64,000 nucleotides of DNA from a bacterium (GTDB taxonomy: Bacteria > UBA8248). Under the pieces are notes generated by a model. The model worked only from the letters and a program-made list of their open reading frames with translations, was not told the DNA's origin and made no database searches. The number at the start of each line of letters is the position of its first letter. Positions within the stretch are counted from its first letter, which is position 1. Shown here one piece after another: positions 17,758 through 27,223 of the stretch. The position numbers and the translations under genes were made by a program. Where the stretch lies: assembly GCA_965202625.1 (NCBI GenBank), contig CBDBBI010000010.1, positions 1,696,001-1,760,000 on the forward strand. Reading direction: 5' to 3'.

Positions 17758-18857
17758 GGTTTATCGTCCGTCTCCGGCGTTGGGATTTCCGAGGTGGCTT
17801 CTTCGTATTCGGCAATCCACGCTTCGGCTTCTTCGGACGTGTAGGCTCCGGTTTGGGCGCCGCTATTCGTCGGCAACTCATGGCTTGGCGGCTGGTCGAT
17901 ATGCGGCTTCAGTTGCTCTCTCAATACCCGTGCTCCTCCATCGGACAAGGACAAAACTTTGAGGATGGAATCCACATATTCCCTCGTCAATCCGCCCCCG
18001 AAAATGACTTTGGAGAGATCGCTCTTACAGCCGACTAACCGAGTTATGCGTTCCGCAAATCCACCGTAGAATATTATTTCACTGCACGCCCCTTGCAAAT
18101 GCGCATCCACGAGATCTGCCCCTTGTAATTGCGCCTTCCGGAGATTTGCCCCCTGCAAATGCGCAAACCCGAGATCCGCCCCCTCCAAATGCGCAATATC
18201 AAGATCTGCCCCTTGTAGTTGCGCAAGCCTGAGATCTGCCCCTTGCAGTTGCGTCTCGCCGAGGTTCGCACCTTCTAAATGCGCATCTTGAAGATTCGCG
18301 CCGTTCAGCCAGCTGCCCGCCAAATTGATGCGGAGACCTATAAAGACGTTAAAGATGTCGTGCTTCTGCACGAAAAGCAGGGTCAGCAGGCTCTGGATTT
18401 CCTTGGAAGGCTTCGCCGAGTAATCCTTTTGATATTTGGACTCTCTCGTCGTCCGGCGGACGTGCGCGCAGAGAATGTCGAGCACCATCCGTCGCAATTC
18501 CCGAGTATCTCGCGCCAAACGGAAGAGTTCATGAGCCCCGCCCAGACGAACGGAATCCGAATCATTGCCCATATGTTCGATGGCGTTTTTCAGACGCTCC
18601 TGCTGACGCTCCTGCCCCCGCTTCTGGGCTGCCACAACCCGTATGACGATCAGGACGTAGAGCATGGCGACACCCAGAACGTACAGAGTGTGAAATTTTA
18701 TCCCGAAGAGGTAAAAAGCCGATGTCGGGCCTTCGGAGAACAAGCTGACCAAAAAAAGCACAAACAAACACACAAGCAGGCACACCCACCAAAAAACGCG
18801 CATGAAGTCTTTCCACCAGGAAAGGATGCGGGCTTTCAGCCGGTTCCACGTCGGCAT
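17745..18857 (-). CDS. Pentapeptide repeat protein with N-terminal TM helices (paralog 1)
   Basis: Same architecture and a near-identical C-terminus (GAYT..EAE.WIAEYE.ATSE.PTPETDDK); fewer repeats. Confidence 0.92.
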   Translation of the reverse strand: MPTWNRLKARILSWWKDFMRVFWWVCLLVCLFVLFLVSLFSEGPTSAFYLFGIKFHTLYVLGVAMLYVLIVIRVVAAQKRGQERQQERLKNAIEHMGNDSDSVRLGGAHELFRLARDTRELRRMVLDILCAHVRRTTRESKYQKDYSAKPSKEIQSLLTLLFVQKHDIFNVFIGLRINLAGSWLNGANLQDAHLEGANLGETQLQGADLRLAQLQGADLDIAHLEGADLGFAHLQGANLRKAQLQGADLVDAHLQGACSEIIFYGGFAERITRLVGCKSDLSKVIFGGGLTREYVDSILKVLSLSDGGARVLREQLKPHIDQPPSHELPTNSGAQTGAYTSEEAEAWIAEYEEATSEIPTPETDDKPCRS

Positions 18858-18996
18858 GGGCGTTTCTCACTCTCTTCGTTCGGGCGGAAGGCTGTAGCCT
18901 AGAACACCCCCCATCAGCCATTCAAGCGCACCGCACCTCGTCTCACCAACCCCGCCCGCCCGTGCCTGGAACGGGTGCGGAGGGTTCCCCGCCTGG

Positions 18997-19165
18997 AGCC
19001 GGACAAAATCATGGCAAATGGGCTAAAAAATTCGCGGATTTTCCGAGGCGAAACGTCCTGAAAAATGACCGTTGTAGGGGGCGTAAAAGGCTCATAAAAC
19101 GCCCGTGCAAGGGCGTTGCAAAAGCCGTTCAAGGCAAGGTTGGCGAGCGTGATGGCGGCGCGGGC
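18997..19165 (+). repeat. Dispersed intergenic repeat, copy C
   Basis: AGCCGGACAAAATCATGGC...CGCGGATTTTCCGAGG...CGTGCAAGGGCGTTGCAAAAG...CGAGCGTGATGGCGGCGCGGGC matches copy B. Confidence 0.9.
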
Positions 19166-19184
19166 GTCCGCGTCCCCGGCGACG

Positions 19185-20402
19185 CTAGAGGGCGCCGGCG
19201 AACGCCTCTCCCGCCAGAAGCCCCCCCAGTTTCAGGCGCGTGGTGTCGTTCAGGCCGTCGATGTGGTAGCACATCATCGCGTCGCGCAGATGGCGCTCGG
19301 CGGAATGGGTGTCCATGTAGCCGTTGCCGCCGAATACGTTCATCGCCCGAATGCAGACCTGGGGGGCCATCTCCGATGCGAACAGGGCGGCGCGCATCCC
19401 CTCCTTGTGGTCGTATGCACCCTCCGGCGCCGCATCCGCGTGCCAGGCCGCGCGCCAGACGGCGTCGCGCGCGACGGTGATGCTCACGTACATGTCGGCG
19501 AGCAGCTCCCGAATACGTGCGTGCTCGATGATGGGCTTTCCGCCCTGGACGCGCTTTCGGGCGTAGGCGCGAGCGTCCTCAAAGGCGGCGCGGGCGATGC
19601 CGACGCCAAAGGTGGCGGTGGTGGGCGAGTGGCGGGCGAACACGCGCGCCATGTAGGGCAGCCCTCCGTCCACCTCGCTGAGACGCCACCCCTCGGGTAC
19701 CTCGGCGTTCTCATAGACGAGCTCCCCGTTCATCAAAAGGCGCGCGCCGAGCTTCCCGTGAATGACGCCGCGCCGAAAGCCGGGCGTCTCGTCTGTGGTG
19801 ATGAACATGGTGGCACCCTCGTTCACGGGAACGTTCGGGTTCGTCCGGGCGAGCACGAAGTTCACGTTGCTCATCGCCGCACAGGCGATGAAGTGCTTCG
19901 TCCCGTTCAGTACCCACACATCTCCGCACCTCTCGGCGGAGAGCCGCATTCCGCCGTCCACGTTCATGGCGGGCATGATGTTGTCCGTCCCCGCCTCCGG
20001 CTCCGTCATGCCGATGGCCATGGTGGAGGTGTCCACGTCCATGAAAAGGGGCAGGAACTCCGCCCTTTGCGCGTCCGTGGTGAAGTGGCAAAGCATCTTC
20101 GCCAGTTTCCAGCCCTGGTGAATCACGGAGGCGAAGCCCGCCTCTCCCTGAAACAGCTCCTCCAGCAGCACCACGTGCGCGAATATGCCCAGGCCCGCTC
20201 CGCCCATCTCCTCCGGCACGGTCAAGGTTCTGATGCCCGCTTTCGAGGCTTTGCGCAGGACGTCCATGGGAAAGGGATGCGCAGGGTCCACCCCGTTCTG
20301 GCGATCCCATTCGGCGGCGTGGGGCCGCAGCTCGTCTCTGGCGAATGCAGCGACCCTCTCCTGCCAGGATTTCAGCCCATCATCAAGAACGTAGTCCACC
20401 AT
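19185..20402 (-). CDS. Acyl-CoA dehydrogenase family flavoprotein
   Basis: GMTEPEAGTD, LNGTKHFI, AYARKRVQGGKPII, FGGNGY....AERHLRDA; start at 20402 (MVDYVL). Confidence 0.9.
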   Translation of the reverse strand: MVDYVLDDGLKSWQERVAAFARDELRPHAAEWDRQNGVDPAHPFPMDVLRKASKAGIRTLTVPEEMGGAGLGIFAHVVLLEELFQGEAGFASVIHQGWKLAKMLCHFTTDAQRAEFLPLFMDVDTSTMAIGMTEPEAGTDNIMPAMNVDGGMRLSAERCGDVWVLNGTKHFIACAAMSNVNFVLARTNPNVPVNEGATMFITTDETPGFRRGVIHGKLGARLLMNGELVYENAEVPEGWRLSEVDGGLPYMARVFARHSPTTATFGVGIARAAFEDARAYARKRVQGGKPIIEHARIRELLADMYVSITVARDAVWRAAWHADAAPEGAYDHKEGMRAALFASEMAPQVCIRAMNVFGGNGYMDTHSAERHLRDAMMCYHIDGLNDTTRLKLGGLLAGEAFAGAL

Positions 20403-20457
20403 CTCCGCTCCCCCCGCGCCTGCTGAAGGCGCATGAACGCATCTCCCGACCCGCTCC

Positions 20458-21405
20458 CTACTCCGAGTCGTCGTTTTCCCTGAGCCAGCGGATGAGCGCC
20501 GCATTCCGTGCCCGCATCGCCGCAGCAGTCGATTCCGCCGACCACCTGTAAAAGCCCTCGCCGCTCTTCACGCCGAGCAGGTTCTTCTCCACCATCCCGT
20601 CCACCAAGGGCGAGGCCTGCACCCGATTATCGAGCGAGGGCTGAACCTGGCGATGCACGTCGCGCAGCACGTCCAGACCCGAGAAGTCGCTGAGCATACA
20701 CACTCCGAGAGCCGAGAAAAGAGGGGCGAGGGAGCGCCACACGGCGTCGACGTCCTCGGGACGCGCGTAGCCCTTCTCCACGATGTGAAAGGCCTCGCGC
20801 CTGAGCGCCGTCGTGAGCCGCACTCCGACGTGGCCGGGCACCTCCCGGCACAGGATGGGCTTCTTGCCCGCTCGCCTCAACAGCGCGCACGCGATTCGCG
20901 TGGTCTCCTCGCTCGTTCGCCGGCCGGGCGCCACCTCCACGATCGGAATCAAGTGGGGGGGCGTATAATTGTGCGTGGTGATGCAGCGCTCGGGATGCTT
21001 CGTTCGCTGCGAGATATCCGTCATCCCCAAACCTGAAGTCTCGCTCGCCAGTATCACGTCCGGCGGGGATATCGCATCCATCCTCTCGAAAACTTCCTGC
21101 TTGAACACGAGGTTCTCACTCACCGCCTCGACGACGAAATCACCGCCCGAGACGGCTTCGTGAAAATCCTGCGTCGAGGCGATGCGCCCTGAAGCGTCGC
21201 GCGCATCCTCCGCACTCCACGCGTCTGCGTCCACGAGCGCCTCAAGGCTCTCCTCGATTCCCCGGCGCGCGCGCGCAGCACCCTCTGCGCTTCGGTTGTA
21301 GAGCAGGACGCAAAAGTGCGCCCGCGCGAACTGAAGCGCCACGCCCCGGCCCACGTATCCGCCCCCGATGACCGCGACGCTTTGAACGTCCTCCGCCTCG
21401 CGCAT
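20458..21405 (-). CDS. 3-hydroxyacyl-CoA dehydrogenase family protein
   Basis: VIGGGYVGRG, VVEAVSENL..KQ, ASETS, H.YTPPHLIPIVE. Confidence 0.88.
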   Translation of the reverse strand: MREAEDVQSVAVIGGGYVGRGVALQFARAHFCVLLYNRSAEGAARARRGIEESLEALVDADAWSAEDARDASGRIASTQDFHEAVSGGDFVVEAVSENLVFKQEVFERMDAISPPDVILASETSGLGMTDISQRTKHPERCITTHNYTPPHLIPIVEVAPGRRTSEETTRIACALLRRAGKKPILCREVPGHVGVRLTTALRREAFHIVEKGYARPEDVDAVWRSLAPLFSALGVCMLSDFSGLDVLRDVHRQVQPSLDNRVQASPLVDGMVEKNLLGVKSGEGFYRWSAESTAAAMRARNAALIRWLRENDDSE

Positions 21406-21519
21406 GAGGGCCCCCGGCGTGGAATGGATGAGAGGAATCAGGGAGAATGTATCATAAGCGCCCCCCCGACGCCATCGGAAGGCACCGCTCCCGAACGGCG
21501 CAAAAGGAAAGGACGGACG

Positions 21520-22620
21520 ATGGGGAAGCGAAGGGCCGCATTCTTTTTGCTCGGAGTCGCACTCTACGCCTGCGGCGGCGAGGGGGGGTTCTCTCCGGCG
21601 GGAAACATGGGCACCCCCCGGCACGGGCATACCGCCACGAGGCTCGCATCAGGAGAGATACTCATCGCCGCCGGCCTCACCAAAACCTCCCCGCTCGGCC
21701 ATCTGGAGACGTATGACCCGACGCAAAAGGTTTTCAGGCCCCGCGCGCCGGAAGGCTTTCAAGCGCGGGGCTGGCACAAGGCCACCCCCATGGAGGGCGG
21801 AGTGCTGATCTCGGGAGGCTGGACGACAGGCGGCGAGGCGCTCAGGAGCGCCCTTCTCATACATCCAGGCGGCGGAGTTCTCTCGCGCGCCATGATGAAG
21901 CGGGGCCGCTACGACCACACGGCGACGAGGCTGCCGAACGGAGGCGCGCTCATCGCCGGCGGCAACGACGGCAAGCGCGCCATTCGCCATCTGGAGATAT
22001 ACCTGCCGGACGAGCGGCGCTTCGCCTCCGCGCGAAGGCCCATGCTCACCCCAAGGCAGCAGCACAGCGCCACCGCGCTTTCGGGGGGCGAGGTGCTCAT
22101 CATCGGCGGTGCGGAGGGAGCAGGGGCGCGATACGCGGAGATGTATCTGCCCGCACAAGGAAGAACGCGCCTCGTCCGCAGCCTCACGGCCCAAAGGAGT
22201 CGCCACAGCGCCACGCGGCTCAAAGACGGGAGCGTGCTCATCGCAGGCGGGTTGGGCGAGGACAAAACGCTTGACAGCGCGGAGATATTCGACCCCGGAA
22301 CGCAGAGGTTCATTCCGCTTGCGAGCAAATTGCGCGTGAGGCGGCAGCAGCATACCGCCACGCTGCTTCCGGACGGCAGGGTTGTCCTCATCGGGGGCTG
22401 GGGGGGTGCGGGACGCACCCTCGCCAGCGCGGAGGTGTTTGACCCCGAGAGGCGATGCTTCCATCTGGCGGATGGGGAGATGAAGTCGCCCCGGCGCCTT
22501 CACACGGCCACCTCGCTCGGGGGGCTACGGGTGCTCATCGCAGGGGGTGCGTCCGAGGCGGAGGTGCTCGGGTCTGCGGAGATTCTCGAGATGGACCCAG
22601 ACAGAGAAGACGAATGTTGA
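21520..22620 (+). CDS. Kelch-repeat beta-propeller putative lipoprotein
   Basis: About 7 repeats of R..H(T/S)AT.L..G.VLI.GG; signal peptide ending in the lipobox-like LYAC. Confidence 0.85.
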   Translation: MGKRRAAFFLLGVALYACGGEGGFSPAGNMGTPRHGHTATRLASGEILIAAGLTKTSPLGHLETYDPTQKVFRPRAPEGFQARGWHKATPMEGGVLISGGWTTGGEALRSALLIHPGGGVLSRAMMKRGRYDHTATRLPNGGALIAGGNDGKRAIRHLEIYLPDERRFASARRPMLTPRQQHSATALSGGEVLIIGGAEGAGARYAEMYLPAQGRTRLVRSLTAQRSRHSATRLKDGSVLIAGGLGEDKTLDSAEIFDPGTQRFIPLASKLRVRRQQHTATLLPDGRVVLIGGWGGAGRTLASAEVFDPERRCFHLADGEMKSPRRLHTATSLGGLRVLIAGGASEAEVLGSAEILEMDPDREDEC

Positions 22621-22712
22621 CGCTGGCGCGCTCGGTGCCCTGGAGTCTGAAACGCTCCGCCTGCACCCAGCGCGGACGATGCAAACCGCTTGCGCAAACG
22701 AGGAGAATTCGC

Positions 22713-23918
22713 ATGTCTTTCCAACACGCACGACGCCGGGACAACCAGCAATGGATGCTCGATTACGTGGTCAAAACGGCCGGCATGGTACAGAACTTCG
22801 AAGACGACAGGTTCGAGCTTCCCAGGGGCGTGAAGAACTACAGGATGATCAGCAAGCTGCAGGGGGAGGATGCGGCGCACAAAGAAGAGGTCGCCCGCGC
22901 GGCGGAGGAGTCCGGAATGCGTGAGACGGCACTTGAACTCTACGTCCAGGCGTCGGAATCCTACCGAAAAGGGCAGCACGCGATATTTGAAGACGACCAC
23001 CCGCAGAAGATCAGGCTCCACGCCGGGCTGATTCGCTGCTACGACCGGGCGATGGCGCTGTCCGACTATCCGATGGAGCGCGTCGAGGTTCCCTTTGAAG
23101 GCCAGGAAATCCAGATCATCCTGCACCTTCTGCCGGAGGGCGAGAAGGCCCCCTGCGTCATCTACATCCCCGGCATGGACCAAACGAAAGAGTTCTACCC
23201 CTATATCCTGCAGAACGACGTGATTCGGCGGGGCATGCACGCATGTGCCATGGACGGCCCCGGGCAAGGCATCTCCAACTTGCGAAAGATCCGCGTCGCC
23301 GAGGACAACTATGAGCGCGCCGTCTCGGCGGTGATCGACCATCTGGCGACGCTCCCGCAGATAGACGAGGACAGGATCGGCGTCTTCGGCATCAGCATGG
23401 GCTCCTACTGGGCACCGCGCGCCGCGGCGATAGACCGCCGCATCAAGGCGTGCGCGGGGGGCAGTGCCACGTTCTCGGACAAGCGCGTCATCTTCGGCGA
23501 AGCCTCTCCGCGCTTCAAGCAAATTTTCATGTATATGGCCGGATACGCGGACGAAGACGCGTTTGACGAGATGGCGGAGAATATGACGCTCAGAGGCTGC
23601 GGGGCGGAGATCGCATGTCCCATCCTGTTGGCTACGGGAGAGTTCGACCCGTTGAGCCATCTCGAAGACGCCTTCCGCTTCTTTGACGAGATCACAGCCC
23701 CCAAGGAATTGTGGGTACTGGAAAACGAGTTTCACAGGGTCTGGGGAATGCAGGGGCTCGGCGGCCTGGATCTGAACCCCTGGGCCGTGGACTGGATGCG
23801 AAAAGCGCTTCAGGGGGAGATTCCCGAGGGGCACGACAAGACGGTCTACGTCAGGCAAAAATCAGGCGGCGGGGCTTTCAGCGGCCCCGTTCCGGATGAC
23901 CACCCGAGACGATGGTGA
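22713..23918 (+). CDS. Alpha/beta hydrolase (2,6-dihydroxypseudooxynicotine hydrolase/FrsA-like)
   Basis: PGMDQTKE, DGPGQG, nucleophile elbow GISMG, GEFDPL; AGGAG RBS. Confidence 0.8.
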   Translation: MSFQHARRRDNQQWMLDYVVKTAGMVQNFEDDRFELPRGVKNYRMISKLQGEDAAHKEEVARAAEESGMRETALELYVQASESYRKGQHAIFEDDHPQKIRLHAGLIRCYDRAMALSDYPMERVEVPFEGQEIQIILHLLPEGEKAPCVIYIPGMDQTKEFYPYILQNDVIRRGMHACAMDGPGQGISNLRKIRVAEDNYERAVSAVIDHLATLPQIDEDRIGVFGISMGSYWAPRAAAIDRRIKACAGGSATFSDKRVIFGEASPRFKQIFMYMAGYADEDAFDEMAENMTLRGCGAEIACPILLATGEFDPLSHLEDAFRFFDEITAPKELWVLENEFHRVWGMQGLGGLDLNPWAVDWMRKALQGEIPEGHDKTVYVRQKSGGGAFSGPVPDDHPRRW

Positions 23919-24102
23919 GCCGACCGCAAGCATGACGAAACCGCCGAAGCGGCACCAGGAGGCGCCCGCATCTTCCTTTTGCAAAAAACGAGAATATACA
24001 ACATAGTTCGAGTGCCTGGGAAATCAGCCTCCGGATTCCCTCGAGACAGAGCGGCCCTCTCGTTCACGTCCGGGCCGTGCCATACCGCAGAAGGAGATTG
24101 GA

Positions 24103-25365
24103 ATGCCTGGCCATCCCGTCAACAGCGACCTGGAGCCCATCACCGAGAACTGGCGAATATCGCAGCACTGCTTCTCCGAGGAAATCCGCTCGCAAATGAC
24201 GCTTCCCGAGAAGTTTCAGCTCTGCGACATCACCTTGCGGGAGGGCAGACAACTCCCCGGCGTGTCCTTGAGGCGCGATGAGGTCATCCGCATCGCCGAC
24301 GCGCTCGTCGACGCCGGCGTGGGCATGGTCCAGATGCACCACGACGACCCGAAAGAGATGGAGGAGGTGAAAAAACGGCATCCGGCACTCATCGTGGAGG
24401 CACTCGTCCATCCCACCGCCGTCCTGAATCCGGAGCTCGCGAAAGTGGAAGTCGACCTCAACGTGGAGCACGGAGCGGACTATACGACCCTTTGCTTCTC
24501 TTTTTCGCCGCACCAGATGTGCCTGTTTGAATCCATGGCCGGAGATCCGAACATCACCATCGAGCAGGCCATCAAGCGCGCCTGCGGCTCCGTGGCCTAC
24601 GCCCGCGAGAAATCCGGCCCCGACAGGAAGGTGGGCTGCCTGATCCAGGACTGCACGCGCATTCCTATCGCGCGCCTCGCCCAGGTATGCGGTGCGCTCG
24701 TGGATGCGGGCGCCGACATGATCAAGCTCGACGACATCAACGGCATGGCTATCGCCTCCGTCTATACCTACGTCGTTCGGGAGATGAAGCGCCTGCTGCC
24801 CGGAACGGAAATCGGCCTCCACACCCACAACGACATCGGCATGGCGTGCGCCGCCCTGTATGCGGGTCTGGAGGGCGGTGCCGACCTCCTCGACGCCTGC
24901 GTGAACGGTCTGGGCGAGCGCGCCCACATCGCCCCCCTGGCCGAAGTCGCCTCGGTCATCCAGATCTACTACGGCATCGACTGCGGCATTCAGCTGCACA
25001 AAATGTATGCACTCTCCAAACTCGTCTCCGACGTCATGAAGTGGCCCATGACGGACACGATGCCCTTCGTGGGCGAGACGGCGTTCTCCCACCTCGTCGA
25101 GGTGCACTACCGCGTGCCCGAAGGCGAGGAGGGCTTCTGGGCGTATTCGTGCATGAAGCCCGGGATTTTTGGAAACCGCATGCACAATCTTCTGGGCCAC
25201 TATTCGGGAAACTGGGCGATACGCGCCAAGGCGCGCGAACTCGACCTCGACTTGCCCGGAGAAAAGGAAGAAGCCGTCCTCCGGCAAGTTCGGACGGATA
25301 TCCGCTGGCGCAAGCGGCAACTGAAGGATGAGGAATTCGAGGCCATCGTCCGGGCGGTCTGCTGA
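24103..25365 (+). CDS. DRE-TIM metallolyase (homocitrate/isopropylmalate synthase-like, no regulatory domain)
   Basis: DITLREG.Q, HTHNDIG, NGLGERA, VGETAFSH. Confidence 0.8.
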   Translation: MPGHPVNSDLEPITENWRISQHCFSEEIRSQMTLPEKFQLCDITLREGRQLPGVSLRRDEVIRIADALVDAGVGMVQMHHDDPKEMEEVKKRHPALIVEALVHPTAVLNPELAKVEVDLNVEHGADYTTLCFSFSPHQMCLFESMAGDPNITIEQAIKRACGSVAYAREKSGPDRKVGCLIQDCTRIPIARLAQVCGALVDAGADMIKLDDINGMAIASVYTYVVREMKRLLPGTEIGLHTHNDIGMACAALYAGLEGGADLLDACVNGLGERAHIAPLAEVASVIQIYYGIDCGIQLHKMYALSKLVSDVMKWPMTDTMPFVGETAFSHLVEVHYRVPEGEEGFWAYSCMKPGIFGNRMHNLLGHYSGNWAIRAKARELDLDLPGEKEEAVLRQVRTDIRWRKRQLKDEEFEAIVRAVC

Positions 25366-25475
25366 GGGAGCGCTTCCAAAAACCAGGCCGAGGCAGGCGC
25401 CCGGCATGAGGGAGCCGCATTTTCGCTCGAGCGGGTGCGCGCCGCGCGCGCCGTTCATCCACCCGAGGAGAAAAC

Positions 25476-26252
25476 ATGAAACTGGAGGGCAAGGTCGCAT
25501 TCATCACGGGCGCGTCGGGCGGCATAGGAGGTGCCATCGCGCGCACCTACGCACGCGAGGGGGCACGTATCGCCCTGGCCGCCCGTTCCGTGGACAAGCT
25601 GGAAGCACTCGCCGGAGAGATAGAGGACATGGGGCGAGAGGCGCTCGTCTGCCGGTGCGACGTCATGCGGGATCAGGACATCCTCGATGCGCTCCGCAAG
25701 ACGGCGAGTGTGCTGGGCCCGGTGGACGTTCTGGTGAACAACGCCGGCGTCGTGAGCTTCGAGGCAGTGCACGCCCTTCCCGATGCGGTGTGGGAGCGCA
25801 CGATGCAGATCAACGCGAAAGCACCCTTCACGGCGATTCGGGAGGTTCTCCCCTCGATGCTTGAGCGCAAATCCGGAAAGATCATCAACGTGGCGTCGGT
25901 TTCGGGAAAGATCGGCCTCGCCTACAGAAGCGCATACGCGGCGTCGAAACACGCCGTCCTGGGCCTCACCAAGGCACTCTCCGCCGAGGTCGCCCCGTTC
26001 GGCATCACGGCAAACTGCATCTGCCCCACCTTCGTCTCCACCCCCATGTTCGATGAGAGCATCCAGAAATGGGCGGACGAGACGGGCAGAACTTTCGAGG
26101 AGCAGGCACAAGAGCTGAGAGACAAGGTGCCCATGAAGCGCTTTATCGATCCGGAAGAATGCGCGCCGCTGGCGCTTCTTTTGGCGTGTGCGGATTCCGG
26201 CGGCATCACCGGCCAGGCCATCAACGTGGACGGCGGCTTCGTGCAGTTCTAG
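25476..26252 (+). CDS. SDR oxidoreductase (3-hydroxybutyrate dehydrogenase-like)
   Basis: TGASGGIG, NNAG, YAASK. Confidence 0.88.
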   Translation: MKLEGKVAFITGASGGIGGAIARTYAREGARIALAARSVDKLEALAGEIEDMGREALVCRCDVMRDQDILDALRKTASVLGPVDVLVNNAGVVSFEAVHALPDAVWERTMQINAKAPFTAIREVLPSMLERKSGKIINVASVSGKIGLAYRSAYAASKHAVLGLTKALSAEVAPFGITANCICPTFVSTPMFDESIQKWADETGRTFEEQAQELRDKVPMKRFIDPEECAPLALLLACADSGGITGQAINVDGGFVQF

Positions 26253-26269
26253 GACGTTGCGAGACCGAT

Positions 26270-27019
26270 ATGCGCCTTGCGAATAGAGTAGCCATCATCA
26301 CAGGAGCGGGAAGCGGCCTGGGCGAGGCCATCGCGAGGCGCTTTGCGTCCGAGGGTGCCTGCCTGCTCCTCTGCGATCGCAACGGCGGGGCCGTGGAGGG
26401 GCTCTCGGGTGCGCTCTCCGCTTCCGCCCCCGGCGTCGAGGCGTGCGAGATGGACGTATCGGATTCGGGTGCTGTGCGAAAGATGGCGGAACTCTGTCTG
26501 GAAAGATTCGGGCGAATCGACGTCCTCGTCAACAACGCGGGCATCTCGCCCAAGAAAGCGTATCTCGAATACTCCGAGGAGGATTGGGACGCCGTCATCG
26601 ACGTGAACCTGAAAGGGGAGTATCTGTGCGCCCGCGCCGTCAGCGCGCACATGATGGCGAGGGGTTACGGCCGCATCGTCAACCTCTCCTCATCCGCGTG
26701 GCGTTCGGGCGGCTTCGCGGGAGGGATTCCCTACGCCTCGGCCAAGGCCGGCGTCATCGGCCTCACGCGCGCCCTCGCCAAGACGCTGGGGCCGCACGGC
26801 ATCACCGTGAACGCGATAGCACCCGGCCCCACCGCCACGCCGCTCACGGACGAATGGCTTCCCGCCCGTCTGGAGGAGATCGTGCGGCAGATTCCGCTCG
26901 GTCGCGTGGGCAGGCCCTTGGACGTGGCCAACGCCGCGCTTTTCCTGGCCTCGGACGAGGCGGAATACGTCACGGGCATCTGCCTGGACGTGAACGGCGG
27001 CATCGCCATGGGCGGCTGA
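26270..27019 (+). CDS. SDR oxidoreductase (FabG-like)
   Basis: TGAGSGLG, NNAG, YASAK, VNAIAPG; start ATG 26270. Confidence 0.88.
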   Translation: MRLANRVAIITGAGSGLGEAIARRFASEGACLLLCDRNGGAVEGLSGALSASAPGVEACEMDVSDSGAVRKMAELCLERFGRIDVLVNNAGISPKKAYLEYSEEDWDAVIDVNLKGEYLCARAVSAHMMARGYGRIVNLSSSAWRSGGFAGGIPYASAKAGVIGLTRALAKTLGPHGITVNAIAPGPTATPLTDEWLPARLEEIVRQIPLGRVGRPLDVANAALFLASDEAEYVTGICLDVNGGIAMGG

Positions 27020-27223
27020 TCATCGCCGCCCACCGCCCCATACGGCCCGAAACGCCGCCCTCCCCGGGCCCGCTTGCATTTCCGCATCCTGCATGACACC
27101 CTTTTCAGATGCGAATCACCCCTTGATCGGTGGTTGCGAGAGCGCACTCGCCGCGTTTTTTTCATTGCGTGCGAAGGAGCGTTCGTTCGTTTCGCGCTGG
27201 ATATAAAACGAGAGGAAATCACC

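Noticed and set aside
16780-18310. Regular 30-bp periodic repeats resembling a CRISPR array
   Set aside because: They are the codons of in-frame pentapeptide repeats; there are no unique spacers and no cas genes.
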